A stretch of 64,000 nt of DNA, from the IMG/VR virus record IMGVR_UViG_3300026488_000020, positions 20,235 through 84,234 of that record. One strand, 5' to 3'. The position numbers and the translations under genes are program-made. Below are positions 39,870 through 49,093 of the stretch, piece by piece (position 1 is the stretch's first letter; each line of letters starts with the position of its first letter). Origin of the DNA: a virus. Under the pieces are notes generated by a model. It worked only from the letters and a program-made list of their open reading frames with translations, was not told the DNA's origin and did no database searches.

Positions 39870-40391
39870 GTGAATCGATTTATTAAATCTCACGGAGATA
39901 GATATGATTATTCAAAATTTGAATATGTTGATGCTCACACAAAAGCTAAAATTATTTGTAGAAAGCATGGGATATTTGAACAAAAGGTTCACGATCATTC
40001 AAAAGGAATAGGTTGTCCAATATGTTCATCATCAAAAGGAGAATTGAAAATAATTAATTTTTTACAAAAGAATGGTATTGATTTTAAAACTCAATATAAA
40101 TTTAAAGATTTGAAACAATTAAGGTTTGATTTTTATTTACATGATTTAAATATCTTGATAGAATATGATGGTATTCAACATTTTAAGCCTATTGATTTTT
40201 TTGGTGGAGTAAATTCTTTTAAAATATTAAAAGATAATGATACATTAAAAAATAATTATTGTAAAAATAATAATATTCGACTAATTCGAATAAATTATAA
40301 GCAATTTAAAAAGTTAGATAAAATTTTATCTAAAATAAAGGAAATATATGAAAACAGTAATGGAAATGATATTGCGGCTACAATCAACTAG
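39870..40391 (+). mobile_element. homing endonuclease-like gene (DUF723 Zn-binding repeat + PD-(D/E)XK/Vsr-like domain), N-terminally eroded
   Basis: HGDRYDYSKFEY..IICRKHG..GCPIC, SKGE, RFDFYL..IEYDGIQHF; in-frame upstream CPKC without a start codon. Confidence 0.8.
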
Positions 40392-41910
40392 TGGGTCAAA
40401 TGATAAAAAAATTATTCTTGAAGAATATAAAGATGATGAATCAGTTAAAAAATATTTAGTATATGTTTATGATGAAGTAAATTATGTTTACGGTAAATCA
40501 AGTTTACCTAAAAATTTAGTATCTGAAAGTGAAGAACTTGTTGATATTGATGATGGGGAAGATGCATTCTATAAACTTATAAATGACATGTCTACTCGAA
40601 AAATTGTCGGAAAAGAAGCAGATAAAGAAATAAATTCTTTTATTATTCAAAATCACCCATTTTATCAAAATTTATTATTGTACATTTTAAAGAGAGATAT
40701 AAAAGCATCTGTTGGAGCAAAGTTAATAAATAAAGTTGTTCCGAAACTAATTTTAATTTGGCCATATCAACGATGTGAATCAGAATCATATATGAAGAAA
40801 AGAATCGTCTATCAAACAGATGGAGATAATCATGGTGCAATGGCTCAATCGAAAGCTGATGGTTCATTTTTAAATGTAGTTGTGTCTCCAGAAGTCGGTA
40901 ATGTATCAGCAACTACTCGATATGGTAGAGAAGCCCAAACTTCTATATTTTTAAATACTTTATCAAATATTCCAACATTGATGGATTTTGATGAAGATTG
41001 GGTAATTCATGGAGAACTTTTAATTAAGAATCCTGATGGAACTATTATGGAACGTGCTAAGGGTAATGGTAAAATTAATAAGTTTAATAAAAGAAATAGC
41101 ACTTGGAAAGAGATGCAAAATAAACTAGATAAAGCAAAAACATCAAAAGCTTGTGAGAAAATTGAAAAAGAGATGGATGAGGCACATGCAGAATGGTTAT
41201 ATATTTCTAAGAATCTTGTTTATGAAGTATGGGATATTTTACCATATGAGAATTGGATGTCTCTAGAATATTCAGTTGATACATTAACTCGTTTTAACAC
41301 TATAATGGATTGTGTTGCAAAATATAATGATTATATTGAAAAAGCAGGTACAAATATTAATAATTGTGAATTACGAATAATTGACCACGAAATTGTTTTT
41401 GATGAAGAACAAGCTATGGAATTCTATCAAAAACAATTAGATGCTGGTCTAGAAGGCATGGTAATTAAAAATCTTGATGCAACATGGGAACATGATACAA
41501 ATCGTCAAGGAATTATTAAACTTAAAGATTTTAAAGAAAATGATTTAATTATTGTTGGTGTTAAAATGGCTGATCCTGATTCAGCATTCGCTGGTGGTAT
41601 TGGAGCATTAATTGTTGAATCGTCAGATGGTATCATTCATACAAATGTTAGTGGTATGAAGAGACACGAAAGAGGATTAGAAAGAGTTGATCCAAATGAC
41701 TCATCAAAAGGTCTTAAAATTATCGATGGTTTCGATTTTGAACAATTTACAGGTAAAGTTGCTGCTGTAAAATATAATGAGATGTCTTGTAACAAGCAAG
41801 GGTCTTATGATTTATTTCTTGCAAATGTTTTAGAAATAAGAGACGCGTCTGATAAGTCGTTTCCAGATGACTTTGAAAAAATTAAGAAAGAAGCAAAATT
41901 TAAAGGATAG
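40348..41910 (+). CDS. ATP-dependent DNA ligase (T4 gp30-like)
   Basis: QSKADG (KxDG), TRYG, HGEL, VWD, EGMVIK, KLK. Confidence 0.93.
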   Translation: MKTVMEMILRLQSTSGSNDKKIILEEYKDDESVKKYLVYVYDEVNYVYGKSSLPKNLVSESEELVDIDDGEDAFYKLINDMSTRKIVGKEADKEINSFIIQNHPFYQNLLLYILKRDIKASVGAKLINKVVPKLILIWPYQRCESESYMKKRIVYQTDGDNHGAMAQSKADGSFLNVVVSPEVGNVSATTRYGREAQTSIFLNTLSNIPTLMDFDEDWVIHGELLIKNPDGTIMERAKGNGKINKFNKRNSTWKEMQNKLDKAKTSKACEKIEKEMDEAHAEWLYISKNLVYEVWDILPYENWMSLEYSVDTLTRFNTIMDCVAKYNDYIEKAGTNINNCELRIIDHEIVFDEEQAMEFYQKQLDAGLEGMVIKNLDATWEHDTNRQGIIKLKDFKENDLIIVGVKMADPDSAFAGGIGALIVESSDGIIHTNVSGMKRHERGLERVDPNDSSKGLKIIDGFDFEQFTGKVAAVKYNEMSCNKQGSYDLFLANVLEIRDASDKSFPDDFEKIKKEAKFKG

Positions 41911-41912
41911 AA

Positions 41913-42254
41913 ATGCATTTTAAAACGGTAAGTTCAAAGAAAACCGTAAAATCAAAGGATAGTTTTAGTCGAAAATGGAGTGCCAGTACAACAGTAAGAG
42001 CTGTAAATTTAGGCAATGTTTATATTATTAAAGTTAAATCAAATATTGATTCATCATTTGGTATCACTTTAGGAAATTTTGAATTAATGTATCTTAAAGA
42101 TGGTAAATGGTTACAGATAGCGAATGGTTATGATATTGATAATGATATTATGAGTAAATTTAAAATGGGGACATATGATAGTATTGAATTAGCTTATGAA
42201 CAATGGTTCAATCTATGTATAGATTATGTTATTAAAATAGAGGATGGTTTATAA
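41913..42254 (+). CDS. hypothetical protein
   Basis: AAGGA RBS. Confidence 0.55.
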   Translation: MHFKTVSSKKTVKSKDSFSRKWSASTTVRAVNLGNVYIIKVKSNIDSSFGITLGNFELMYLKDGKWLQIANGYDIDNDIMSKFKMGTYDSIELAYEQWFNLCIDYVIKIEDGL

Positions 42255-42261
42255 ACCATCC
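42242..42261. terminator. perfect 20-bp palindrome over stop codon
   Basis: GGATGGTTTA|TAAACCATCC. Confidence 0.5.
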
Positions 42262-42314
42262 ATAAAATTGTATGGAATAATATTGTTATTTCTATACTAA
42301 CTAAGGAAAAATAA

Positions 42315-42650
42315 ATGCGAGAAACATTTAATGAATTTATAAAAAAAGATCATGATTTATTTAATCAATTGATTGAGGTTAATCCTAACCTAGCTGAGAA
42401 GTCAGTTAAAAATGATAAGTATATTGTTTATTATAAAAATGATTTAATTTTAGTATTAGATAACAGACCTTCTGCGGTATTCATAATGGGAGTTATTGTT
42501 CGAGAAGATAAAAGAAATAATGGCATTTGTACAAATGCTTTAAAAGATGCAATGATGGATATAAACAAACCTTATTATGCAATTCCTCAAAATGATATTG
42601 CTAAGCACATTATGTTAAAATTAGGTGTGAAGTTTTTTAAAGCAAAATAA
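42315..42650 (+). CDS. GNAT-like acetyltransferase
   Basis: VREDKRNNGICTNAL resembles acetyl-CoA motif A; N..A...KLG near C-terminus. Confidence 0.55.
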   Translation: MRETFNEFIKKDHDLFNQLIEVNPNLAEKSVKNDKYIVYYKNDLILVLDNRPSAVFIMGVIVREDKRNNGICTNALKDAMMDINKPYYAIPQNDIAKHIMLKLGVKFFKAK

Positions 42651-42785
42651 TGACAAAACGATCTTTATCGATAAAGATCGTTTTATAAAAGCAAAATAAT
42701 GACAAAACGATCTTTATCGATAAAGATCGTTTTATAAAAGCAAAATAATGACAAAACGATCTTTATCGATAAAGATCGTTTTATA
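42639..42785. repeat. 3 x 49-bp perfect tandem repeat, each unit containing the 30-bp palindrome
   Basis: Unit AAAGCAAAATAATGAC-AAAACGATCTTTATCGATAAAGATCGTTTT-ATA; palindromes start at 42655, 42704, 42753. Confidence 0.95.
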
Positions 42786-42798
42786 AAAGGAAATTAAT

Positions 42799-43113
42799 AT
42801 GTCAAAAGAAATTTGGGAAGAAGACCCAGCAAATTTATTAAAAAATTTAGATACTGATGCTAGTCATTGGGCGCGAGCCTTTATGTCTAGAATTGAACAT
42901 GGGTATTTTACAAAAGAAGGTATTGATGAAGATTTAATGATATCATGGTTTGCAAATGCTATTGAGAATGCTAAAGATTCTGAGAGATTTGTGTATGCGA
43001 AACCTGATGAAATGGATGAAATTTTAGATACTATGATGAATGAATGTAATGATCATAATGAACGATCGAAAAGCATTAATGTAAACACAGCAAAGGTTGT
43101 TAATAATGGATAA
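42799..43113 (+). CDS. hypothetical protein
   Basis: AAGGA RBS. Confidence 0.6.
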   Translation: MSKEIWEEDPANLLKNLDTDASHWARAFMSRIEHGYFTKEGIDEDLMISWFANAIENAKDSERFVYAKPDEMDEILDTMMNECNDHNERSKSINVNTAKVVNNG

Positions 43114-43264
43114 AGAAGATTTTTATGATATGTTATTATCATTTGCTAAGATGTCTCAAACAATTGATGATAAACATTTTAAAACTATTTTAGATTCAGT
43201 TGATGCTGAAAAATATGATAATGATATGAAAGTAGAATTTGCAGATATGGTTAGGAGTTTTTAA

Positions 43265-43546
43265 ATGAAACCTTTAGGATTTAATGTACAATCAGAAATG
43301 GTGTCAGCAATGTCTGCGATGAACATGAGAGAAGATGATGCTGAAAGATATATTTATTTTACAGACATATATGATTCAGTTAAGAACGCTCATAATATGT
43401 GTTCAAATAATATACAATCACCATCAGAAGATATATTATTAAAAGTTATTGAATTGTTAAAACATGATGATTTACACAAAAAGCATTTTTTATTAAATCA
43501 TGCTATCGAACACATTGAATCAGCGATAGAGGCGTTAAATCGCTAA
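43265..43546 (+). CDS. hypothetical protein
   Basis: AGGAG RBS. Confidence 0.6.
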   Translation: MKPLGFNVQSEMVSAMSAMNMREDDAERYIYFTDIYDSVKNAHNMCSNNIQSPSEDILLKVIELLKHDDLHKKHFLLNHAIEHIESAIEALNR

Positions 43547-43555
43547 GAAATTTTA

Positions 43556-43580
43556 CAGAGTTATTTCTAACTTAACTCTG
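43556..43580. terminator. intergenic hairpin
   Basis: CAGAGTTA-N9-TAACTCTG. Confidence 0.45.
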
Positions 43581-43600
43581 AATTTATATGAGGAGAAAAT

Positions 43601-44626
43601 ATGAATTTTAAATTAGTACAGGAAGCTATTCAACGAGGATGGAGTACAACAGAAACTGATTTTGATAATATAATATTTGATCAAGATTTTTTAGATTGGA
43701 CAAGTATTGAATCATATGATAATGATGATATACTGGAAGTATATGAAGAAGTATCAAAAGAAGAATTTATCGCATGGTTGAAGCAACATAAGTCTAAAGC
43801 TGAGATTGTTAATTTATTTGCTGATTATCATGATTGGGAAGTAACATACAAAATGGTTGAAAACGAGCGATCAATATATGAATCTGATATTTCAGATTTG
43901 CCGAATGATTTATTAGACGCATATTTATGTCAAATTGGAGATGAATGTGACTCAGATAGAAAATGGAAAAAGGTTTTCGAAAAGTATCGTCTAGGAATTG
44001 ATGATTATATTAAAAAAATAATTGAATATAATATGGACTATGATTTAGAGTCGTCTGAAATTAAAGAATTCTTTGATAAAAACTCAACATCATTTACTGC
44101 GCAAGAGTTACAATCACCTGGGATGCTAAAAGTATTTGATGAGTACCCACAAACAGATGTTGGGGTGCTTTATAGTAAAACATATGATGACAAACTTTTA
44201 TGTTTTGAATCTATGATGGATTCTGTAGATTGGGATGAAGATATATTAAAATTATATGTTGATAAATCGGAAGGTATTTATGAAGATTCATTGGATGATA
44301 ATATGATGTCTGCACAATTTAGAAGTTCTGAAAAAGAATATAAACAAGAGGATAGACAAAATAATAGAATTTCATATGAAGATGCTAAAGCATATATCAA
44401 TGATAATGATTTTGCTGCAGACATACAAGTGAACGATGGAACTATTGGTCTAGAAGATATGTCATTTGATCATTTATATATAAATGGGGAATTGCAAGGA
44501 AAAACATTTTCTATGAATGTTATGGGATGTTCTCAGACAAAACCTTGGATACAAAATAGAGAGTTTGGTGATAAGTCTATGTCGAAGAATTGGTTTTACG
44601 AAACGGTTGATAAATATATAATTTAG
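43601..44626 (+). CDS. hypothetical acidic protein
   Basis: GAGGAG RBS, 341 aa. Confidence 0.65.
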   Translation: MNFKLVQEAIQRGWSTTETDFDNIIFDQDFLDWTSIESYDNDDILEVYEEVSKEEFIAWLKQHKSKAEIVNLFADYHDWEVTYKMVENERSIYESDISDLPNDLLDAYLCQIGDECDSDRKWKKVFEKYRLGIDDYIKKIIEYNMDYDLESSEIKEFFDKNSTSFTAQELQSPGMLKVFDEYPQTDVGVLYSKTYDDKLLCFESMMDSVDWDEDILKLYVDKSEGIYEDSLDDNMMSAQFRSSEKEYKQEDRQNNRISYEDAKAYINDNDFAADIQVNDGTIGLEDMSFDHLYINGELQGKTFSMNVMGCSQTKPWIQNREFGDKSMSKNWFYETVDKYII

Positions 44627-44634
44627 GCAAAATA

Positions 44635-44847
44635 ATGGAAATGTCTCAAATGACTATAACACAAATTAAGTGTTCTCAAATAGAATTAGATTTGATTGGT
44701 CATATATTGCAAACAGTTATTGATGATGGTGATTATTATTATGAAAGTATACCGGTTGATGATTTCAGAGAAGCTGGAATCAATGTTTGTTGTCCAAACA
44801 TGTTGGAAACGTGTGATGCGTTTCTATTTATATTGATTGAAAAATAA
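44635..44847 (+). CDS. hypothetical protein
   Basis: ORF in + strand run. Confidence 0.5.
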   Translation: MEMSQMTITQIKCSQIELDLIGHILQTVIDDGDYYYESIPVDDFREAGINVCCPNMLETCDAFLFILIEK

Positions 44848-44856
44848 GGATAAAAG

Positions 44857-45102
44857 ATGCCAAAAATCATATTAAGTAAAGAATTAACAATTAAAAATGT
44901 TAAAGAAATGTTTAAAGAAGCTAAAGATTTTTCAAACAAAAAATCTAGAGCAGAACTTGATAGTTTATTATCAATTATTAAACAGATTGAACCTCGTGAA
45001 GCGGACAGAATGGAAACGGCGTATGAATTAATGATCACAAAAATTAATGAATTACAAGATGAGTTTTTTGAAAGAGTTGAACTCTTAGAATTAAAAAAAT
45101 AA
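44857..45102 (+). CDS. hypothetical protein
   Basis: AAGGA RBS. Confidence 0.55.
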   Translation: MPKIILSKELTIKNVKEMFKEAKDFSNKKSRAELDSLLSIIKQIEPREADRMETAYELMITKINELQDEFFERVELLELKK

Positions 45103-45111
45103 GGAGAAATT

Positions 45112-46212
45112 ATGAGCATGAATTTAAAACCAAATATTAAAAATATTTTTAAAGGTGCAGTATTAGATTTGAGTAGTCACGAAGGATTTGAAAATATTCG
45201 CGAAAGTTTTTTTAGCTGCTACCGTCCAGAGTTTCGTGGTTATGGTGAGTTAATGGAATATATCGAAAAAGATTATGGTCGATTAGCAAGAGTTTTAATG
45301 TTCTTTGCAATGTTAAATGATTATTTACATGCTGATGTAAATGGTGGGTATGAAAACTTTTTTAGTAATGGATATTTAACATTGACTGATGAAAGTCCTG
45401 ATGAAAGTCCTGAATTAGATTTACTTAAAAGAGAGGGTGCTATTTTAGCAGAGTTCGTTGCAATTTATGATAAACATTCAGCTTCTACACTTAATCAACA
45501 TTTTGAAAATGTTAAAGTTAAATTAGATACTCGCGAAATTATTAAAAAAGGTGATGAAGAATATGATGCAATCTTAAAAATATATGAAGAGGCACAGGGT
45601 GCCTCAAAATATGAAGATTATGTTCCTAGGAACATTGAAGTACTATTATTTAATAATCCACATGAATATGAATTAACAGATCTTGAAAAACTTAAAGTAC
45701 ACACGCATGATCTAATTGATGAGTTTTCAAGATGTTCATTATCTGATAGACTTTATAATTATTTTAAAACAGAGTATGAACTTCTAGGTTCACCTTTACC
45801 TGTTATTGAACTTCAAATGTGTTACACAGGAGATGATCCATTTAAACTTAGACAAGTTGCTTTTGATAATCCGTTAGTGTTTATTGATAAGCTTCGACCG
45901 CCTGAAGAAGAGGCGCAGAGATTATTAACCATGATAAAAGAGTATGATGGTCATGATGGAATACAAGTAAATACATCATCGAAAGATATATTCAATATTC
46001 TAAGATATTTATTAAAAATGGGAGCAGTTGTATTTTTAAATGATTATTTCACATTTAAACCTTTTGATGAAAAAATTATAAAAATAAAAACAAACAGTGG
46101 CTTCAAAAATAAAAATGTTGATCCAGCATTTGTAAAATTTATAACTACTAACATTATAGATAAAGTTTCTGAATCATTAGATGATGTTATAGAAGTAATT
46201 GAAAATGCCTGA
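45112..46212 (+). CDS. hypothetical protein (VNGGYENFFSNG resembles DUF4375/DMP19 motif)
   Basis: AAGGAG RBS; one short motif only. Confidence 0.55.
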   Translation: MSMNLKPNIKNIFKGAVLDLSSHEGFENIRESFFSCYRPEFRGYGELMEYIEKDYGRLARVLMFFAMLNDYLHADVNGGYENFFSNGYLTLTDESPDESPELDLLKREGAILAEFVAIYDKHSASTLNQHFENVKVKLDTREIIKKGDEEYDAILKIYEEAQGASKYEDYVPRNIEVLLFNNPHEYELTDLEKLKVHTHDLIDEFSRCSLSDRLYNYFKTEYELLGSPLPVIELQMCYTGDDPFKLRQVAFDNPLVFIDKLRPPEEEAQRLLTMIKEYDGHDGIQVNTSSKDIFNILRYLLKMGAVVFLNDYFTFKPFDEKIIKIKTNSGFKNKNVDPAFVKFITTNIIDKVSESLDDVIEVIENA

Positions 46213-46738
46213 TGATTTAGATGAATTAGGCGAGCCTGAGAAATTAGCAATCTTAGATTCTAGAGATTTTCTATTGGCAGTTTTAGATGAAGATGGTAAT
46301 CCTGACGATAGTGTTGAGATGGAATGGAATCAAGAATTATATGATGAGCGATATGAATTTGTAGAATCAGAATTTAAAGCATTTATTAAAGATGCTGATA
46401 TTATAAAAATATCAGTAACAAGTAATAGATGGGATGGTGCAAGAACATTTGATATGTATGTTTCTATAAAATCAATTGAAGAAATAATATCAAAAGATAT
46501 TCAATTCAAAAGTCCTGATGATATCATTATAGAAGTGTTAGATAATGGTTTAACAGAAATACAATTATTACATCATGATGGTAGAAATCGTTATACACTT
46601 GAACCTATTTGTTTTGGTTCAAGCACAAAAAAAGATTTGATTACTATTATAAATTCATCAAACACTGGTTATTCATGTGAAGTTTTAGAAATTATGGATC
46701 ATGATGAATTATCAAATATAATTCTTGAAAATATATAA
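46199..46738 (+). CDS. hypothetical acidic protein
   Basis: Overlapping ORF; HHDG motif. Confidence 0.6.
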   Translation: MKMPDDLDELGEPEKLAILDSRDFLLAVLDEDGNPDDSVEMEWNQELYDERYEFVESEFKAFIKDADIIKISVTSNRWDGARTFDMYVSIKSIEEIISKDIQFKSPDDIIIEVLDNGLTEIQLLHHDGRNRYTLEPICFGSSTKKDLITIINSSNTGYSCEVLEIMDHDELSNIILENI

Positions 46739-46749
46739 AGGAAAAAGTT

Positions 46750-47046
46750 ATGAGTAAGTATCAAAAGTTAAGAATAGAACGACCAGAATTAAAGGTTTGT
46801 GAAAATGCAAGAGAAGTTATATTTACGACTATAAGTTGTATGTGTGATAATGAACATAAAATAACTTTCCGAAAAAATAATAATGATGATTTTAAAATGT
46901 CTGGTGGAATGTTTAGTTTAAGAAATTGGCAATTTAAAGCAGATGTTGATGATATTGAATGGGCAGCTGATGATCAAAATTGGGACGAAGTAATTCGATT
47001 CATAAATGATTCAACAGAAGTTATTGAAAAAGTAAAAAGTAGATAA
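46750..47046 (+). CDS. hypothetical protein
   Basis: AAGGA RBS. Confidence 0.6.
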   Translation: MSKYQKLRIERPELKVCENAREVIFTTISCMCDNEHKITFRKNNNDDFKMSGGMFSLRNWQFKADVDDIEWAADDQNWDEVIRFINDSTEVIEKVKSR

Positions 47047-47055
47047 GGGTATAAT

Positions 47056-47304
47056 ATGTGTAAAAAAACAATAAAAACAAACGAAGAGAGAATGGAAAGA
47101 ATCCAACAATTATGTATTGATCATATTGGGTCAGTGAGATCTGTAAGTTTAAAACTTAAAGGTAATTCTTGGAGATGTGTTCTCAAGATGGAAAAAGATC
47201 AACACTTTGACACAATCGCAGTTACTGATGATTCAGCAGCGGAAGCATGTCGTGGAGTTAAGAAGCGACTTAAAAAAATAATTAATAGATATAGCATAGT
47301 ATGA
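47056..47304 (+). CDS. small basic protein, possibly HPF/RaiA-like
   Basis: alpha-beta-beta-beta-alpha pattern ending DDSAAEACRGVKKRLKKIINRY. Confidence 0.35.
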   Translation: MCKKTIKTNEERMERIQQLCIDHIGSVRSVSLKLKGNSWRCVLKMEKDQHFDTIAVTDDSAAEACRGVKKRLKKIINRYSIV

Positions 47305-47609
47305 TTGAGTTATTAAATATTGCAATGGTGCTGAATTTTCTATTTGCAATATTAGTAGGAGCAGGTACAATAATGTATATTTGCCCTAAACAAAAAGATT
47401 CATTTATTAATTCAATTAAAGTTGGATTCTTAATATTGGTGATTGGTATTCCCATGTTGGTGGGAATGACTTTTACACAAGTAGATTTGATTCATGAAAG
47501 ATATAATCATATATTAGAAAAATGTTATAATAACAATATCGCTTTGGATATTAAATTTAAAGCAGATATTGATGCTTTAAAAATTAAAAAATTTAAGGAA
47601 AAATTATGA
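47301..47609 (+). CDS. membrane protein
   Basis: Two TM segments. Confidence 0.55.
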   Translation: MIELLNIAMVLNFLFAILVGAGTIMYICPKQKDSFINSIKVGFLILVIGIPMLVGMTFTQVDLIHERYNHILEKCYNNNIALDIKFKADIDALKIKKFKEKL

Positions 47610-47884
47610 TAGGAACATTTACAGATTTACAATCATTAAAGTTATGTAATGAATTAGGTTCGCAATCAAATACAAATCTTAGAGTCATTCAAAAAGATTT
47701 GCAAGATTTACAAGTTGCAATGAAAGTTTTAGGAATGTTTAATGATGGTTTAGATCATTCACTAACATTATTAGAAATTACGATTGCAAGAATTGATGAT
47801 TTAAAAAATGTTGCATCATTCCATGATTTTGGAAGTACTGATAAAAATAAATTATATGCAGGTTTCTTAGATGAAGAATCATAA
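47606..47884 (+). CDS. hypothetical protein
   Basis: ATGA overlap. Confidence 0.55.
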   Translation: MIGTFTDLQSLKLCNELGSQSNTNLRVIQKDLQDLQVAMKVLGMFNDGLDHSLTLLEITIARIDDLKNVASFHDFGSTDKNKLYAGFLDEES

Positions 47885-48017
47885 ATATTGTGTAGAATAT
47901 TATTCGAGCACTGTTGGAGATAATGTTAAAAAATTTGATACTTCAGACGAACGAGATTTATATTTGCACAATTTAGCAATTGATAATTTTTATCTATATG
48001 AAGAATAAAGGTATTTT

Positions 48018-48218
48018 ATGACACAAAAAGAAGCAGCAATTGTTAGTGCATACACTGGATATTTGATAGGTTCATTTGATGAGATGCATAAGTATATTGA
48101 AGAACTTATGGATCGACCAGTAATGACTCATGAAATGGGTTCTAAAGATATAGCTGATGAAATTCGAAGAAAATCAAAAGAAGATTTTATTAAAATTAAA
48201 ATTACTAAAGGATTTTAA
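48018..48218 (+). CDS. conserved small phage protein
   Basis: AAIVSAYTG...HKYIEELMDRPVMTHE pattern familiar from phage hypotheticals. Confidence 0.6.
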   Translation: MTQKEAAIVSAYTGYLIGSFDEMHKYIEELMDRPVMTHEMGSKDIADEIRRKSKEDFIKIKITKGF

Positions 48219-48220
48219 AA

Positions 48221-49093
48221 ATGGAAGAAAAAGTTCAAAATATATTAGAAACGTCAATGGAAGATATAGTTAAAGATGCAATAACTAAAGTTGATATCGA
48301 AGGTATTTTTATAAAGCAGATCAACCAAGTTGTTGAAAGGATTGCTTCTGATATGTTTAGTTCTTATGGTCCTTTTAAAGAATCATTAGATACAAAACTC
48401 AAAGAAGCTATTGATATAAATATTAATAAGATAAGTGTTCCTGAGTTCGGAAACTTAGCTGTATCAATAATTGATGCGGAGTTTGCTAAAATTGAACGCA
48501 AAGAAGAACAACGTCTAGGACAAATGATTACGAAAAGAATTGCAGAATTGACTAACACTGATTCTGGAACTTTAAAACTTTTAGAATTGCAAGACATATA
48601 TTATCAAGTTATGTTTGAAGAGTTTGTTAAATATCGAATGGAATGTTCATGTGATAGTGATTTTAACCCTGATGATAGAGATGATGTTATAAATTATATG
48701 CAATCATTATCTGAACATAGCTCAGAGTATGAGTGTTCATTAACGTTTATAGAGAAATCAATGAATTGGGGAAGTGATTGGAAAGCTTGTTCTACAAATT
48801 TAAATATGGCGTTTAAAAGAGATGATAAGATCCAATATGAATTGATAGTAAAACTTGATAGAGTTAGACAAAAAGATGAAAAATATAATGATGATGATTA
48901 TTGGAGAAATTCAGCAGATAATCATTATAAAATTACAGATGTGTTAATCAATGGTAAATCAATTAATGATGGTGGATCTATTTATCTTAATGGATTAGAC
49001 TATAAATTAGAAGAGAAATTTGCAGCAATGTTTTTAAATGGTGCATTGTTAGATTGTAATGATCTTGAGGAGTTTGAACATGAGTCTGATTAA
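48221..49093 (+). CDS. hypothetical protein
   Basis: 290-aa ORF with RBS. Confidence 0.65.
   Translation: MEEKVQNILETSMEDIVKDAITKVDIEGIFIKQINQVVERIASDMFSSYGPFKESLDTKLKEAIDININKISVPEFGNLAVSIIDAEFAKIERKEEQRLGQMITKRIAELTNTDSGTLKLLELQDIYYQVMFEEFVKYRMECSCDSDFNPDDRDDVINYMQSLSEHSSEYECSLTFIEKSMNWGSDWKACSTNLNMAFKRDDKIQYELIVKLDRVRQKDEKYNDDDYWRNSADNHYKITDVLINGKSINDGGSIYLNGLDYKLEEKFAAMFLNGALLDCNDLEEFEHESD

Noticed and set aside
39789-40763. Group I intron in the ligase gene
   Set aside because: Almost the whole interval is coding, leaving no room for a ribozyme core, and the downstream ligase is complete on its own
42639-42785. CRISPR array
   Set aside because: The 19-bp segments between palindromes are identical and no cas genes are seen; it is a tandem repeat
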